In this document: one piece after another, positions 53,170-64,000 of the stretch
Layout of the letters: each line of letters opens with the position of its first letter
How positions within the stretch are numbered: the stretch's first letter is position 1
NCBI GenBank assembly: GCA_963789955.1
Contig: CAWBMV010000001.1
Coordinates: 448,001-512,000, forward strand
Length of the DNA: 64,000 nucleotides
Direction: 5' to 3'
DNA from: an uncultured Candidatus Rokubacteria bacterium
GTDB taxonomy: Bacteria; Methylomirabilota; Methylomirabilia; Rokubacteriales; CSP1-6
Program-made: the position numbers and the translations under genes
The notes under the pieces: model-generated
What the model saw: only the letters and a program-made list of their open reading frames with translations
Told to the model about the DNA's origin: nothing
Databases searched by the model: none

Positions 53170-54260
53170 TGTTCCGGATCGACCGTCGCCTGCTGCAGAA
53201 CGTCGACTGGCTGCTGCTGGTCACGGCGTTCGGGCTGGTGACGATCAGCACGGTGACCCTGGCGAGCCTTCACGTCGGGCGAGCGGGCGGCAGCGTCGTC
53301 GTGCGGCAGCTCGTCTGGTTCGCCATCGGCCTCGTGGTCATGGTCTTCCTGGCCAGCCTCGACTCCCGAAGACTCGTTCGCGCCGCGCCGGCGATCTACC
53401 TCCTCGGGCTCGCCGGCCTGGCTTCTGTCTTCGTACTGGGACGAACCGTGTCGGGTGCGCGGCGATGGATCGTCTGGGGTCCACTCTCCGTGCAGCCGTC
53501 CGAGCTCTTCAAAGTATGCTTCTTGCTCATGATGGTCTGGGCGCTGACCTCTCGCTGGGCGCAGCCGGTGGGCAAGCTCACCCTGGCCATGATGATTCCG
53601 CTGGTGGCGGTCCCGGTCGTGCTGATCATCAAGCAGCCCGACCTCGGCACCGCCCTCTTACTCGTTCCGGTGCTGGTGATCTTGTTGATCGGGGCCGGCG
53701 TGCGCTTCAAGCTCCTCGGGGGCCTGGCCCTCGCGGCGCTGCTCTCGATGCCGCTCGCCTGGCTGGCGCTCAAGGAATACCAGCGAGAACGAATTCTCGT
53801 CTTCCTGGACCCGTTTCGCGATCCGCTCGGGAGCGCGTACAACGTGATCCAGGCGAAGATCGCAATTGGATCGGGCCAGCTCCTGGGCAAGGGCGTGGCC
53901 GGCGCGACGCAGAGCCGGCTGTCGTTCCTCCCGGAGCGTCACACGGATTTCATCTTCGCCGTATTCGCCGAGATGTGGGGGTTCGTCGGCTGTCTCGTCC
54001 TGCTGCTGTGCTATGTCTTGCTCCTCCTGCGGGGCTTCGACATCGCGGCGACCGCGCGCGAGCCGGTAGGGCGGCTCGTGGCGCTGGGCGCCACGTCGCT
54101 GTTTGCGGCGCAGGTCTTGATCAACGTCGGGATGGTGACCGGGCTTCTCCCCGTCGTCGGGATTCCGCTGCCGCTGATGAGTTACGGTGGCTCCTCGATG
54201 GTCGCCTCCTTCATGACGATTGGCCTCCTCCTTTCGGTACGAATGCGGCAGTTCCAATGA
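53169..54260 (+). CDS. rodA: Rod shape-determining protein RodA
   Basis: QPSELFK, QPDLGT, LPERHTDFIF, PLMSYGGSS. Confidence 0.95.
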   Translation: MFRIDRRLLQNVDWLLLVTAFGLVTISTVTLASLHVGRAGGSVVVRQLVWFAIGLVVMVFLASLDSRRLVRAAPAIYLLGLAGLASVFVLGRTVSGARRWIVWGPLSVQPSELFKVCFLLMMVWALTSRWAQPVGKLTLAMMIPLVAVPVVLIIKQPDLGTALLLVPVLVILLIGAGVRFKLLGGLALAALLSMPLAWLALKEYQRERILVFLDPFRDPLGSAYNVIQAKIAIGSGQLLGKGVAGATQSRLSFLPERHTDFIFAVFAEMWGFVGCLVLLLCYVLLLLRGFDIAATAREPVGRLVALGATSLFAAQVLINVGMVTGLLPVVGIPLPLMSYGGSSMVASFMTIGLLLSVRMRQFQ

Positions 54261-54314
54261 GACACGGAGGACGCGGCGGTATGGCGCGGGTCGTCGTGTC
54301 GGCGAGGTGCTGCC

Positions 54315-55856
54315 GTGCGCAAACGGATCGTCGTCAATGCGGGTCTCACCGAAACCCGGGTCGGAGTCCAGGAGGGTAATCTCCTCACCGAGCTGTACCT
54401 CGAGCGGCATCGACACCGCTCGATCGTGGGGAGCGTCTACAAAGGTGTCGTGACGAACGTCCTGCCGGGCATGCAGGCCGCGTTCGTCGACATCGGTCTC
54501 ACGAAGGACGCCTTTCTCTACGCCGGCGACTACACGACCAACCTCGGCGACGTCGCCGGCCAGATGCTCGCCGCCGGCGACGAAGACGCCGACGTCGACC
54601 TCGACGTCGAAGAGCTCGAGCCGCGCCGCGAGACCGCGCCGATCGAAGAGCTCCTGCACAAGAACCAGACCGTGCTCGTGCAGGTCTCCAAGGAATCGCT
54701 CGGGACCAAGGGGGCGCGGATCACGTCGTTCATCTCGCTGCCCGGCCGCTATCTGGTCTACATGCCGCAGGCGCGCCACATCGGGGTCTCGCGCCGCATC
54801 CGCGACGACCGCGAGCGCGAGCGTCTCCGCGCCGCGCTGCGCTCCGTGAATCTGCCGCCGGGCGGCTTTATCTTGAGGACGAACGCCGAGGGCAAAACCG
54901 AGGGCGAGTTCGCCGCCGACGTCGAGTTCCTGACGCGGCTGTGGGCGCAGGTGCAGTCGCGCTTCGAGCAAGCGGCGGCCCCGGCGGTCCTGCACGAGGA
55001 GGGCGACCTCACCTTCCGGGTCGTGCGCGATCTGTTCTCGCCGGAGGTGGACGAGTTCGTCGTGGACTCGCGCGAGGTCTACGACAAGTGCGCCGGATAC
55101 GTCGAGGCGCTCGTGCCCGCGCTCCGCGAACGGGTCCGGTTGTGGGAAGAGCCGACGCCGATCTTCGAGGCGCTCGGCATCGAGAAGGACATCGAGAAGG
55201 CGCTGCGGCGCCGGGTGTGGCTCAAGTCCGGCGGCTACATCGTCATCGATCACACCGAGGCGCTCGTCTCGATCGACGTGAACACGGGCAAGTACGTCGG
55301 CAAGCGCGATTTCGAGCAGACCGTGCTCAAGATCAACCTCGAAGCGGTCGGCGAGGTCGTGCGCCAGATCCGCCTGCGCGATCTCGGCGGGATCATCATC
55401 ATCGACTTCATCGACATGGAGTCGGCGGAGCACCGCGAGCAGGTCTACCGCGCGCTCAAACGCGCGCTGGCCGAGGACAAGGCGCGCACGAACGTGCTCG
55501 AGATCTCCGAGCTCGGACTGGTCGAGATGACGCGCAAGCGCGTGCGCCAGGATCTGCGCGCCCTGCTCTCGGTGACGTGCCCGACGTGCAAGGGGAGCGG
55601 CATCACGAAGTCCGACGCGACGCTCGCCGCCGAGATCTTCCGCACCGTTCAAGCCAAGGCCGCCACGGCCGGAGACGTCAACGGCCGAGAAGTGGTGATC
55701 CGCGTCCATCCCGACCTGGCCCGGTACTTCGAAGGCGACGGGCAGGACGGTCTCGAGCGGCTCGCGCGCGCCGTCGACCGCAAGATCACGATCCAGCCGA
55801 ACTTCCCCGAGCGCGAGGGCTACGAGGTGAGGCTGCGCGGCGGCGCGGCGCAGTGA
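54315..55856 (+). CDS. rng: Ribonuclease G/E family
   Basis: S1 domain, PGMQAAFVDIG, IDVNTG, IIDFIDM, CPTC. Confidence 0.92.
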   Translation: MRKRIVVNAGLTETRVGVQEGNLLTELYLERHRHRSIVGSVYKGVVTNVLPGMQAAFVDIGLTKDAFLYAGDYTTNLGDVAGQMLAAGDEDADVDLDVEELEPRRETAPIEELLHKNQTVLVQVSKESLGTKGARITSFISLPGRYLVYMPQARHIGVSRRIRDDRERERLRAALRSVNLPPGGFILRTNAEGKTEGEFAADVEFLTRLWAQVQSRFEQAAAPAVLHEEGDLTFRVVRDLFSPEVDEFVVDSREVYDKCAGYVEALVPALRERVRLWEEPTPIFEALGIEKDIEKALRRRVWLKSGGYIVIDHTEALVSIDVNTGKYVGKRDFEQTVLKINLEAVGEVVRQIRLRDLGGIIIIDFIDMESAEHREQVYRALKRALAEDKARTNVLEISELGLVEMTRKRVRQDLRALLSVTCPTCKGSGITKSDATLAAEIFRTVQAKAATAGDVNGREVVIRVHPDLARYFEGDGQDGLERLARAVDRKITIQPNFPEREGYEVRLRGGAAQ

Positions 55857-55863
55857 GCCGCTG

Positions 55864-56217
55864 ATGGCCCGCCAGCGCCCGTCGCGGATCAGCCAGGCCA
55901 GGCTGGTCGGTGATCTCAAGCTCGCCGCCAAGCGGGGCGACCGGACGGCGCTGTCCCTGGCGCTCGACCAGATGCGGACCCTGGCCCATTCGCCGCGCTA
56001 CTGGGAGAAATACCTCTCGCTCCTGTCCAATCCGCTCGCGCGCCTCGTCGACCTCCTCGTGATCAAGCAGGGCGACCGCATCGCCTACCAGAAGGGGTGG
56101 AAGCTTCCCAGGCCGCAGCCGCCGAAGCCGAAGGCCGGCCCGAAGGACACCAAGTCGAGCGCCCGCGGCCGCCGCCGCGTATCCGCGACCGAGCAGCCGT
56201 CCCTGTTCGACGTCTGA
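55864..56217 (+). CDS. Hypothetical basic protein ending QPSLFDV
   Basis: 117-aa ORF starting 7 nt after rng with host-like codon usage. Confidence 0.7.
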   Translation: MARQRPSRISQARLVGDLKLAAKRGDRTALSLALDQMRTLAHSPRYWEKYLSLLSNPLARLVDLLVIKQGDRIAYQKGWKLPRPQPPKPKAGPKDTKSSARGRRRVSATEQPSLFDV

Positions 56218-56248
56218 GCCTCGAGCCGATCTCCGAACGCCCCCTCAG

Positions 56249-56291
56249 TTGACAGTGCGGCAGACCGGGACGATACTACCCCCAGGGGGTA
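56249..56291 (+). promoter_or_regulatory. csoR-copA promoter with CsoR operator
   Basis: TTGACA-17 nt-GATACT adjoining the palindrome TACCCCC-A-GGGGGTA (56277-56291). Confidence 0.82.
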
Positions 56292-56309
56292 TAGCCCCGG
56301 AGGGATCGC

Positions 56310-56591
56310 ATGATCAACGAGGAGACGAAGACCAAGGTGCTCGGCCGCCTGCGCCGCATCGAAGGGCAGGTGCAAGGTCTCCAGCGCATGATCGACGGCG
56401 AGGCGTACTGCGTGGATATCCTGCTCCAGGTCTCGGCCGTCCAGGGCGCGCTCGAGCAGGTCGAGAAGCTCTTGCTCGGCCGGCACATCGAGTCGTGCGT
56501 CGCCGACGCGCTGCGGACCGGGTCGAAGAGCGAGCGTCAGCAGAAGATCGACGAGCTGCTCGACGTGTTCGCGCGGTTCCGAGGCAAGTGA
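56310..56591 (+). CDS. csoR: CsoR-family copper-sensing repressor
   Basis: RLRRIEGQV, YCVDIL.Q, HIESC (Cys-His-Cys ligands). Confidence 0.92.
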   Translation: MINEETKTKVLGRLRRIEGQVQGLQRMIDGEAYCVDILLQVSAVQGALEQVEKLLLGRHIESCVADALRTGSKSERQQKIDELLDVFARFRGK

Positions 56592-59040
56592 TGGCGGAGC
56601 CCCACGCGACCGACATCGTCGCCCCCGTGCGCGGGATGCACTGCGCCGCGTGCGTCGGCAAGGTCGAGCGCGCCCTGACCTCGGTCCCCGGTGTCGATCA
56701 GGCGTCGGTCAATCTCGCGACCGAGCAGGCGACCGTCTCGTTCGACCCGGCGCGGACCAGCGTCGACGCCCTGCAGGCGGCGGTCGCGGCCGCCGGCTAC
56801 GAGCTCGCCGAGCCTCGTACGGGCGCGGGACCCGTGGACGACGCCGCGCAATCGGCGCGCGAGGCCGAGCAACGCAGTCAGCGCAAGCCGCCTGATCGTG
56901 GGCGCCGTGCTCTCGGCTCCCGTGCTGGTCGGTGGAATGGCCCACCTCCTGCCGTGGGTGCCGGCGGTGCTCCAGAATCCCTGGGTCCAGCTGGTGCTCA
57001 CGACCCCGGTTCAGTTCTGGGTCGGCTGGCAGTTTCATCGCGGGTTCCTGCACGACCTTCGCTACCGGAACGCGTCCATGTCGACCCTCGTGTCGGTCGG
57101 GACGAGCGCCGCGTACCTCTTCAGTGTGGCGGTGACGCTCTGGCCCCATGCGTTCCCGCAGCACGGGGCCATGACGTACTTCGACGTGAGCGCGGTCGTC
57201 ATCACCCTGGTCGTGCTCGGGCGCTGGCTCGAGGCGCGCGCCCGCGGGCGAACCTCCGAGGCGATTCGGCGGCTGGTCAGCCTTGCCCCGCGCACGGCCC
57301 GGATCGTGCGGAATGGCGCCGAGGTGGACGTGCCGACCGACGACGTGCAGGTCGGCGACTTCGTCCGCATCCGTCCGGGCGAGCGGGTCCCCGTCGACGG
57401 GGTCGTCACCGAGGGCGCTTCCACGGTCGACGAGTCGATGCTGACCGGCGAGAGCCTGCCCGTCGACAAAACGCTGGATTCGAAGGTGCTGGCGGGCACG
57501 GTCAACCGCACCGGGAGCTTCGTCTTCCGCGCGGCGCGTGTCGGGAGCGAGACGGCGCTGGCGCGGATCGTCAAGCTCGTCGCCGACGCGCAGGGCTCGC
57601 GCGCCCCGATCCAGCGGCTGGCCGATCGAGTCGCCGCGGTCTTCGTCCCGATCGTGCTCGCGCTCGCGACCCTGACGTTTCTCGCGTGGTGGGTCTTCGG
57701 TCCCGCGCCGTCGGCGCTCTACGCGCTCACCAACGCGGTGGCCGTTCTCGTCATCGCGTGCCCGTGCGCCATGGGGCTCGCGACTCCGACGGCGATCATG
57801 GTGGCCACGGGCCGCGGCGCCGAGCTCGGGATCCTCGTGAAGAGCGCGACCGCCCTCGAGCTGCTCGATCGCGTCAACACGATCGTGTTCGACAAGACCG
57901 GCACGTTGACGGTCGGTCGGCTCGTGGTGACCGATGTGATCACCGCGGCCGGCGGCGAGCTGGGCGAGGACGAGATCCTGGCGCTCGCGGCGGCCGCCGA
58001 GCAAGGCTCCGAGCACCCGGTGGGCGAGGCGATCGTGGCGCGCGCGAAAGAGCGCGGCCTTGCGCTGCCGCCGATCAGCGAGTTCACGACGGTCGCCGGG
58101 CCAGGGGATCGACGCGATGGCGCCCGACGGCCGTGTCCTTCTCGGCAACCGCGCGTTGATGGACGCGCGGGGCATCGACGTCGAAGCCCTGAGCTCCCGC
58201 GGCCCGGGCTCTGTGCCGGCGAGGGCAAGACCGTGGTCTATCTGGCCCTGGCTGGACGGGCGCTCGGCGTCATCGCCGTCGCCGACGTGCTGAAGCCCGA
58301 GGCGCCCGACGCCGTCGCGGCGCTCGCCCGGCGCGGCATCGACGTCATGATGCTCACCGGCGACGCCCGGCCGACCGCGGAGGCGATCGCCGCCGGCGCC
58401 GGAATCACGCGCGTCCTCGCCGAGGTCCTGCCCGAGGACAAGGCGCGAGAGATCGCCGACCCTTCAGGCAGAAGGCCGCCGCGTCGCGATGGCGGGCGAC
58501 GGCATCAACGACGCGCCGGCGCTCGCCCGCGCCGAGGTCGGGATCGCGATGGGCTCCGGCACCGACGTGGCGATCGAGGCCGCCGACGTGACCCTGGTCC
58601 GCGGCGACTTGCGCGGTGTGGTGGCCGCCGTCGATCTGTCGCGACGGACCATTCGCATCATCAAGCAGAATCTGATCTGGGCGTTCGGCTACAACGTGGT
58701 GCTGATTCCGGTGGCGGCGGGCGCGCTGTACCCGATCTGGGGCGTCCTGCTCTCGCCGATCCTGGCCGGCGCGGCGATGGCGTTCTCGTCGGTGTCGGTG
58801 GTCACGAACAGTCTCAGGCTCAAGACATGGCGGAGCGAGGCCGACGCCGGCACGGCGCGGATCGATCGCTTCGGCTCCAAAGGAGGCGGGGAGATGGCGG
58901 TCGATCCCGTGTGCAAGATGACGGTGGAGCCCGCTCGGGCTGCCGCGCAATCGAGCTACCGAGGGCAGACCTACTATTTCTGCGCGGTCAGCTGCAAGCA
59001 GCAGTTCGACAAGGACCCGGAGAAATATCTGGCCCGATGA
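56591..59040 (+). CDS. copA: Cu(I)-translocating P1B ATPase with N-terminal HMA and C-terminal YHS; several frameshifts
   Basis: [38 protein letters not shown], then DPVCKM...YYFC. Frame breaks near 56885, 58100-58210 and 58460. Confidence 0.9.
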
Positions 59041-59930
59041 CGCCGTTGATCGCGCCGGCGCTCCTCCAGGGCCGTGACCGCTACGAGCGCGTCATGGAGG
59101 GATGGGTCGACAATACGTCACGCGGACGCGTTCACCCACACGGTCGTGCTGGGCGACGACGATCAGGCCGTCGAGCTGTCGGTGGTGGCCGAGCCATCGC
59201 CGAGCTATCTGATCCGGGAGGCGCATTGCCGGCGCGCTGGCCGGCGCGCTCGATCCGACGCTCGTGGCGAGCATCGAGAAGCTCTCCGGAACGCCGATGG
59301 TCGGTGGGCTGAGCCGGCGCGTGGCCGAGCTGGCCGGCTCGGGTCCGGGCGCCGCCTTCGTCCTCGGCGCGGTCGTCGAGGTCGCGCGCCTCGCGCGTCA
59401 GACCGCGAAGCTGCCCCGAGAGCGCGCCGAGCGCGCGGCCGGCGGCAATGCCTGGGAGTGCTGGCAGCTCGACATGACCGGCTGGGTCGATCTGCCGAAT
59501 TCGTGCTTCACGTACACCGACGCGGGGCGACGCCTCTTCGGCTCGCGCACGGTCGCGACGCCGATGCAGCCCGACCTCTACAGCTCGCGGCTGGGCCAGC
59601 GGCGGGTGTTCGAGCGGAAGAAGGTCGCGCGACTCGACGCGGCGCGATGGGCGCCTGGCCCTCTTCCACTCGATGCACGACAACGTCCACGGGTTCGAGA
59701 TCACGTACGAGATCGATCTGGCGACCGGCACGATCGTGCGGGCCGAGCACCTGACCCCGCGGCTGCCGTACATGGGCATCTGCTCGGAGCCGCAGCGCAA
59801 GATCACGGCACTTCTCGGCGAGACCGCCGACGACGGCCTGCGACGGCGAATCCAGAACCACCTCGGCGGCGAGACCGGCTGCGCCCAGCTCTACGACCTG
59901 ACGTCGGATCTTCTGAAGCTCCTGAGCTGA
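59037..59930 (+). CDS. DUF2889-like hypothetical protein; frameshifted
   Basis: ATGA-coupled to copA; fragments [14 protein letters not shown]...LPYMGIC...[12 protein letters not shown]. Confidence 0.6.
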
Positions 59931-60016
59931 GCGGTCAGGTCGAGCGAGACACGGCGCCACGCGATCGCTTGCGTCGTGGTCGGCCGGCGCGACTGCCATG
60001 TATACTACCTGCCAGC

Positions 60017-61038
60017 ATGCAGTCTCTGCCTGTCGGCAAGCTTCGTGCCGAGACGCTGCAGGCGATCTTCGACAAGCACCACACCAAGGATCCCCGCGTC
60101 GTCGTCGGTCCCAAGGTCGGTGAAGACGCCGCCGTCATCGACATGGGCGATCGGTACCTCGTCGCCACGAGCGACCCGATCACGTTCGCGACCGCGGAGA
60201 TCGGGTGGTACGCCCTGCACGTCAACGCCAACGACATCGCGGTCCGTGGCGCCCGGCCGCGATGGTTCCTGGCGACCCTGCTGCTGCCAGCCGGTGCGAC
60301 CAGCGATGCCTCGGTCGAAGCGCTGTTCGCCGACTTGCACTCGGCGTGCGAGGAGCTCGAGGTCGTTCTCGTCGGAGGCCACACCGAGGTCACGCACGGT
60401 CTCGATCGTCCGATCATCGCCGGCACGATGCTGGGCGAGGTCGACAAGGACAAGCTCGTGACGACGGCCGGCGCTCGCGTGGGCGACGCCGTGGTGATGA
60501 CGAAGGGCGTTCCGCTCGAGGGGGCGGCGATCATCGCGCGCGAGAAAGAGGCGGAGCTGCGCGAGCGCGGCGTGTCCCCGGCGGCGATTCGTCGGGCGAA
60601 GGGCTTTCTCGAAGACTCCAGGGCTCAGTGTCCTGCCCGAGGCCGAGATCGCCTGCGAGCTGGCCACGGTGCACTCGATGCACGATCCCACCGAGGGCGG
60701 AATCGCCACGGCGCTCGTCGAGCTGGCCAACGCCGCCGGGGTCGGGCTTCGCATCGACCGCGATCGCATCATGGTGCTGCCGGAAGGCGCGCGCGCTCTG
60801 CGACGCGTTCGGACTCGATCCTCTCGGCACGATCGCGTCGGGGGCTCTGCTGATGACCCTGGCGCCCGCCGATGCCGGCATCGTGATCCACGCCCTCGCG
60901 CGCGAGTCGATCGACTGTCACTTCATCGGCCAGGTCGTGCCGCGCGAGCAGGGCGTGACCCTGATGAGCGGGAGCCGTCAGGAGCCGATGCCCGTGTTTG
61001 CGCAGGACGAGATCTCCCGGTTGTTCCAGGGCGGGTGA
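60017..61038 (+). CDS. AIR synthase-related (HypE/PurM-like) protein; frameshifted
   Basis: GEDAAVID, SDPIT, VNANDIA, GGHTE, MHDPTEGG, ASGALL. Confidence 0.85.
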
Positions 61039-61042
61039 CGGC

Positions 61043-62642
61043 ATGCCCCTCGTTGGCTACTCGCATCGCCCCGTCGCGCTCGGGCGGCGGGGCATGGTCG
61101 CCTCGGCGCATTCCTACGCGACGGTCGCCGGCCTCGACGTCCTGAGGGCCGGCGGGACCGCGGCCGACGCTGCCGTCGCGGTGAACGCCGTCCTCGGGGT
61201 GATGCAACCCGAGAACTGTGGCGTGGGCGGCGACATCTTCTGCCTCTACTACGAGGCCGCGACCGGCCGCATCCACTTCCTCAACGGAGCCGGCCGCTCG
61301 GGCTCACGCGCGAGCCTCGAGGAGCTGCGGCGTCGCGGCATGAACGGCCTCCCGGTCACGGGCCCCGCGACGGTCAGCGTGCCCGGCTGCGTGCGTGGAT
61401 GGGCGATGCTCCTCGAGCGATTCGGCACGCGCCCGCTCGCCGAGCTTCTCCAGCCCGCGATCCAGTGGGCGTCTCGCGGATATCCGACGGGGTCGCTCCT
61501 CAGCCAGACGATCCGCGAATTCACCCCGGTCCACACCGACCCGGAATGGCGGCGGATCTTCGTGCCGGACGGGAAAAGCCCGGCGTTCGGCGAGCTCCTG
61601 GTTCAAGCCGACCTCGGCCGTACGCTCGCGCGACCTGGCCGCCGAGGGCCCCGATCTTTTCTATCGCGGACGCGTCGGCCAGGCGATCGCGCGGCGCATG
61701 GAAGCCGACGGCTTCCTCACACCCGACGATCTCGCGGGGCACACCGGCGAATGGGGCGAGCCGATCTCGACGACCTATCGCGGCACGACCATCTACGAGA
61801 CACCGCCGCCGACCCAGGGACTGGTCGCGCTGCTCGGCCTCAACATCCTGGAAGGTCTGTCGCTCGCCGACCATCCGCCGCAGTCGCTCGAGCACCTGCA
61901 CATGCTGGTGGAAGTCGCGAAGCTCGCGTATGCCGATCGTGATCGCTGGATCGGCGACCCGGCGCACGCGAAGGTGCCGGTGGCCGGGCTCCTGTCGAAG
62001 CCGTACGCGGCCCGGAGGCGGAGCGACTTCGATCCGTCGAAGGCCCGGGCCCACGCCTTCGGCAACCCGGAGGGCGACACGACGGGTTTCGTCGTGGCCG
62101 ACGAGCGCGGTAACCTCATCAGTGTGATCCAGAGCCTCTTCAACGGCTTCGGCTCGGGGGTGGTCGCGCCCGGGACAGGCGTCGTGCTGCAGAACCGCGG
62201 CCGGCACTTCAGCATGGACCCGTCGCATCCGGCCGCCCTCGTGCCCGGCAAGCGCCCCTTCCACACCTTGATGGCGTGCATCGCGACCCGCGACAACCGG
62301 CCGGTGCTCGGCTTCGCGACGATGGGCGGCAACGGGCAGGCGATGTTCCATCTACAAGTCCTGACGAACCTCTACGACTACGGCATGGACATCCAGGAGG
62401 CGATCGAGCGGCCGCGCTTCCTGATGGGCGCGTTTCTGCCCGGCGATTCGGACGACATGACGCACGTCGAGGCGCGCGTGTCGGCCGAGGTGCTCGCCGG
62501 TCTGGTCGCCAAAGGCCATCGCGTGAAGACAGCGCCGGAGCTCTTCTGGCGCTGCGGTCACGCTCACGGGATCGTTCTCCGCGACGGCACGCTCATGGGT
62601 GGCGCCGACCCGCGGGGAGACGGCGTGGCCCTGGGATACTAG
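61043..62642 (+). CDS. ggt: Gamma-glutamyltransferase family protein; frameshift near 61630
   Basis: [26 protein letters not shown] nucleophile, [17 protein letters not shown]. Confidence 0.9.
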
Positions 62643-62644
62643 CG

Positions 62645-63139
62645 ATGCGCCCACTCTTCCTGCTGCTCGCACTGCTCGTGCTGCTGGCCGCGCCGGCGAC
62701 CGCGGCGGACTGGGGGCAGATCAAGCCCGGAGCGAGCACGCAAGCCGCAGTCCGCTCGCGCTACGGTGCGCCGACCCGGGAGACGCCGCAGAAAGTCGAA
62801 GGCTACGACACCGTGCAGTGGCTCTACGAGGGACCGCAGGCGCCGGTCGGGATGACGAGGATGACCGTCGACTTCGGCCTGCTCACGCCGTCCGGTTATC
62901 GAAAGGACGTCGTGCGCACGTTCAGGCTCGAGCCCAAGCACGAGGTCTTCAACCGGAAGCTCGTGGTCGACGGCTGGGGGCCGCCGTCTCGCGTCGGCAA
63001 GGAAGGCGAGCTGGAATTCTTCCTGTACGCGGAAGGCCTGCTGGTCTACTTCGGCAAGGACGAAAATGAGGTCCTGGCCATGATCTTCACCCCGCCCCAG
63101 AAGCTGCCGCCGGCCACGGCACCGCCGCCTCAGCGGTGA
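62645..63139 (+). CDS. Hypothetical secreted protein
   Basis: Signal peptide ending ATA-A; 164 aa. Confidence 0.7.
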   Translation: MRPLFLLLALLVLLAAPATAADWGQIKPGASTQAAVRSRYGAPTRETPQKVEGYDTVQWLYEGPQAPVGMTRMTVDFGLLTPSGYRKDVVRTFRLEPKHEVFNRKLVVDGWGPPSRVGKEGELEFFLYAEGLLVYFGKDENEVLAMIFTPPQKLPPATAPPPQR

Positions 63140-64000
63140 AGGACGAAGACCTGCGCGGGCTCGACGGTCGGGTGTAGCTCCACGTAGTTCCGCGCTCCGC
63201 GCCACTCGTACCACCGATCGCTGATCATCTCGTGTACGCGGTAGGTCTGGGTTGCGCCGATCCCGAGCTCCGCGATCGGCACGTCGACCGCGCTGGCGTG
63301 CGTGGCGAAGGGATCGAGGTTGACCGCCACGAAGACGAGGTTGTCGCGCTCGGGAGTCATCTTGCCGTAGAACAGGATGTTCGGATCGTCGGCGCCGTAG
63401 AACCGGAGGTTCGTGTAGAGGTGGAGCGCGCGGTTCTCGCGGCGGATCCGGTTGATCCGCGTCACGTAGTCGACGAGGTTGCCGGGCGCATCCCAGTCCC
63501 GTGCCTTGTACTCGTACTTCTCCGAGTTCAGGTACTCCTCCGACCCGGGCTCGCGCGGAACGTTCTCGCATAGCTCGTAGCCCGAATAGATGCCGTAGAC
63601 GGACGAGAGCGTCGCCGCGAGGACGAGCCGCGTCTTGAAGGCCGGGCGGCCGCCCAGCTGCAGGGTCTCGTGGAGGATGTCGGGGGTGTTCGGCCAGAGA
63701 TTGCCGCGGAAGTACTCCGCCACCGGGGGCGTGGTGATCTCCGTGAGGTAGTCGATCAGCTCCTGCTTCGTGTTCCGCCAGGTGAAGTACGTGTAGGACT
63801 GCGTGAAGCCCGACTTGGCCAGCGACCTTCATCATCTTGGGCCGCGTGAACGCCTCGGCCAGGAAGACGACGTCGGGGTGCGCGTCCTTGATCGCGCGAA
63901 TCAGCCATTCCCAGAACTTCACCGGCTTCGTGTGGGGATTGTCCACACGGAACGTGCTGACGCCGTGGCCGATCCAGAACTCGAGGATCCGCCGCATCTC
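63130..64000 (-). CDS. glgE: Alpha-1,4-glucan:maltose-1-phosphate maltosyltransferase, 3' part; frameshift near 63825
   Basis: [38 protein letters not shown]. Confidence 0.93.

Overview
High-GC (~70%) bacterial chromosomal core region. The gene content (PF04392-type substrate-binding protein, GlgE, LolB-like lipoprotein, HrcA/CIRCE) suggests a diderm soil bacterium such as Ca. Rokubacteria/Methylomirabilota; this assignment is inference. Contents in order: 5' end of a second mreB, hybrid histidine kinase, TolC-family protein, rnpB, rnhA, Zn-ribbon gene, tRNA-Ile2, rpoD-dnaG-mutS2-rpsU, the pth-rplY-prs-tRNA-Gln-ispE-lolB-like-TPR operon, rlmD with ABC permeases, MrfAB-like helicase/nuclease, CIRCE-groESL, rpsF-ssb-rpsR-rplI-dnaB (dnaB carries a class-3 LAGLIDADG intein), a KimA-like transporter, alkA, an MFS transporter, ABC-F, HNH, ComEA-like, cspA-DEAD helicase-cspA, mreBCD-mrdA-rodA-rng, csoR-copA, ggt and partial glgE. 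Many single-base frameshifts look like long-read assembly errors. The most unusual signal is a stand-alone ~345-nt structured transcription unit (~45080-45423) with a 17+8-nt antisense match to the 16S rRNA 3' end/helix 45 and a 13-aa sORF. Other oddities: ATT or CTG starts for rpsR, rpsF and rnhA; an in-frame DciA-lipoprotein-TPR fusion; a terminator inside the cspA leader; and an orphan protein with a beta-clamp-binding-like tail.
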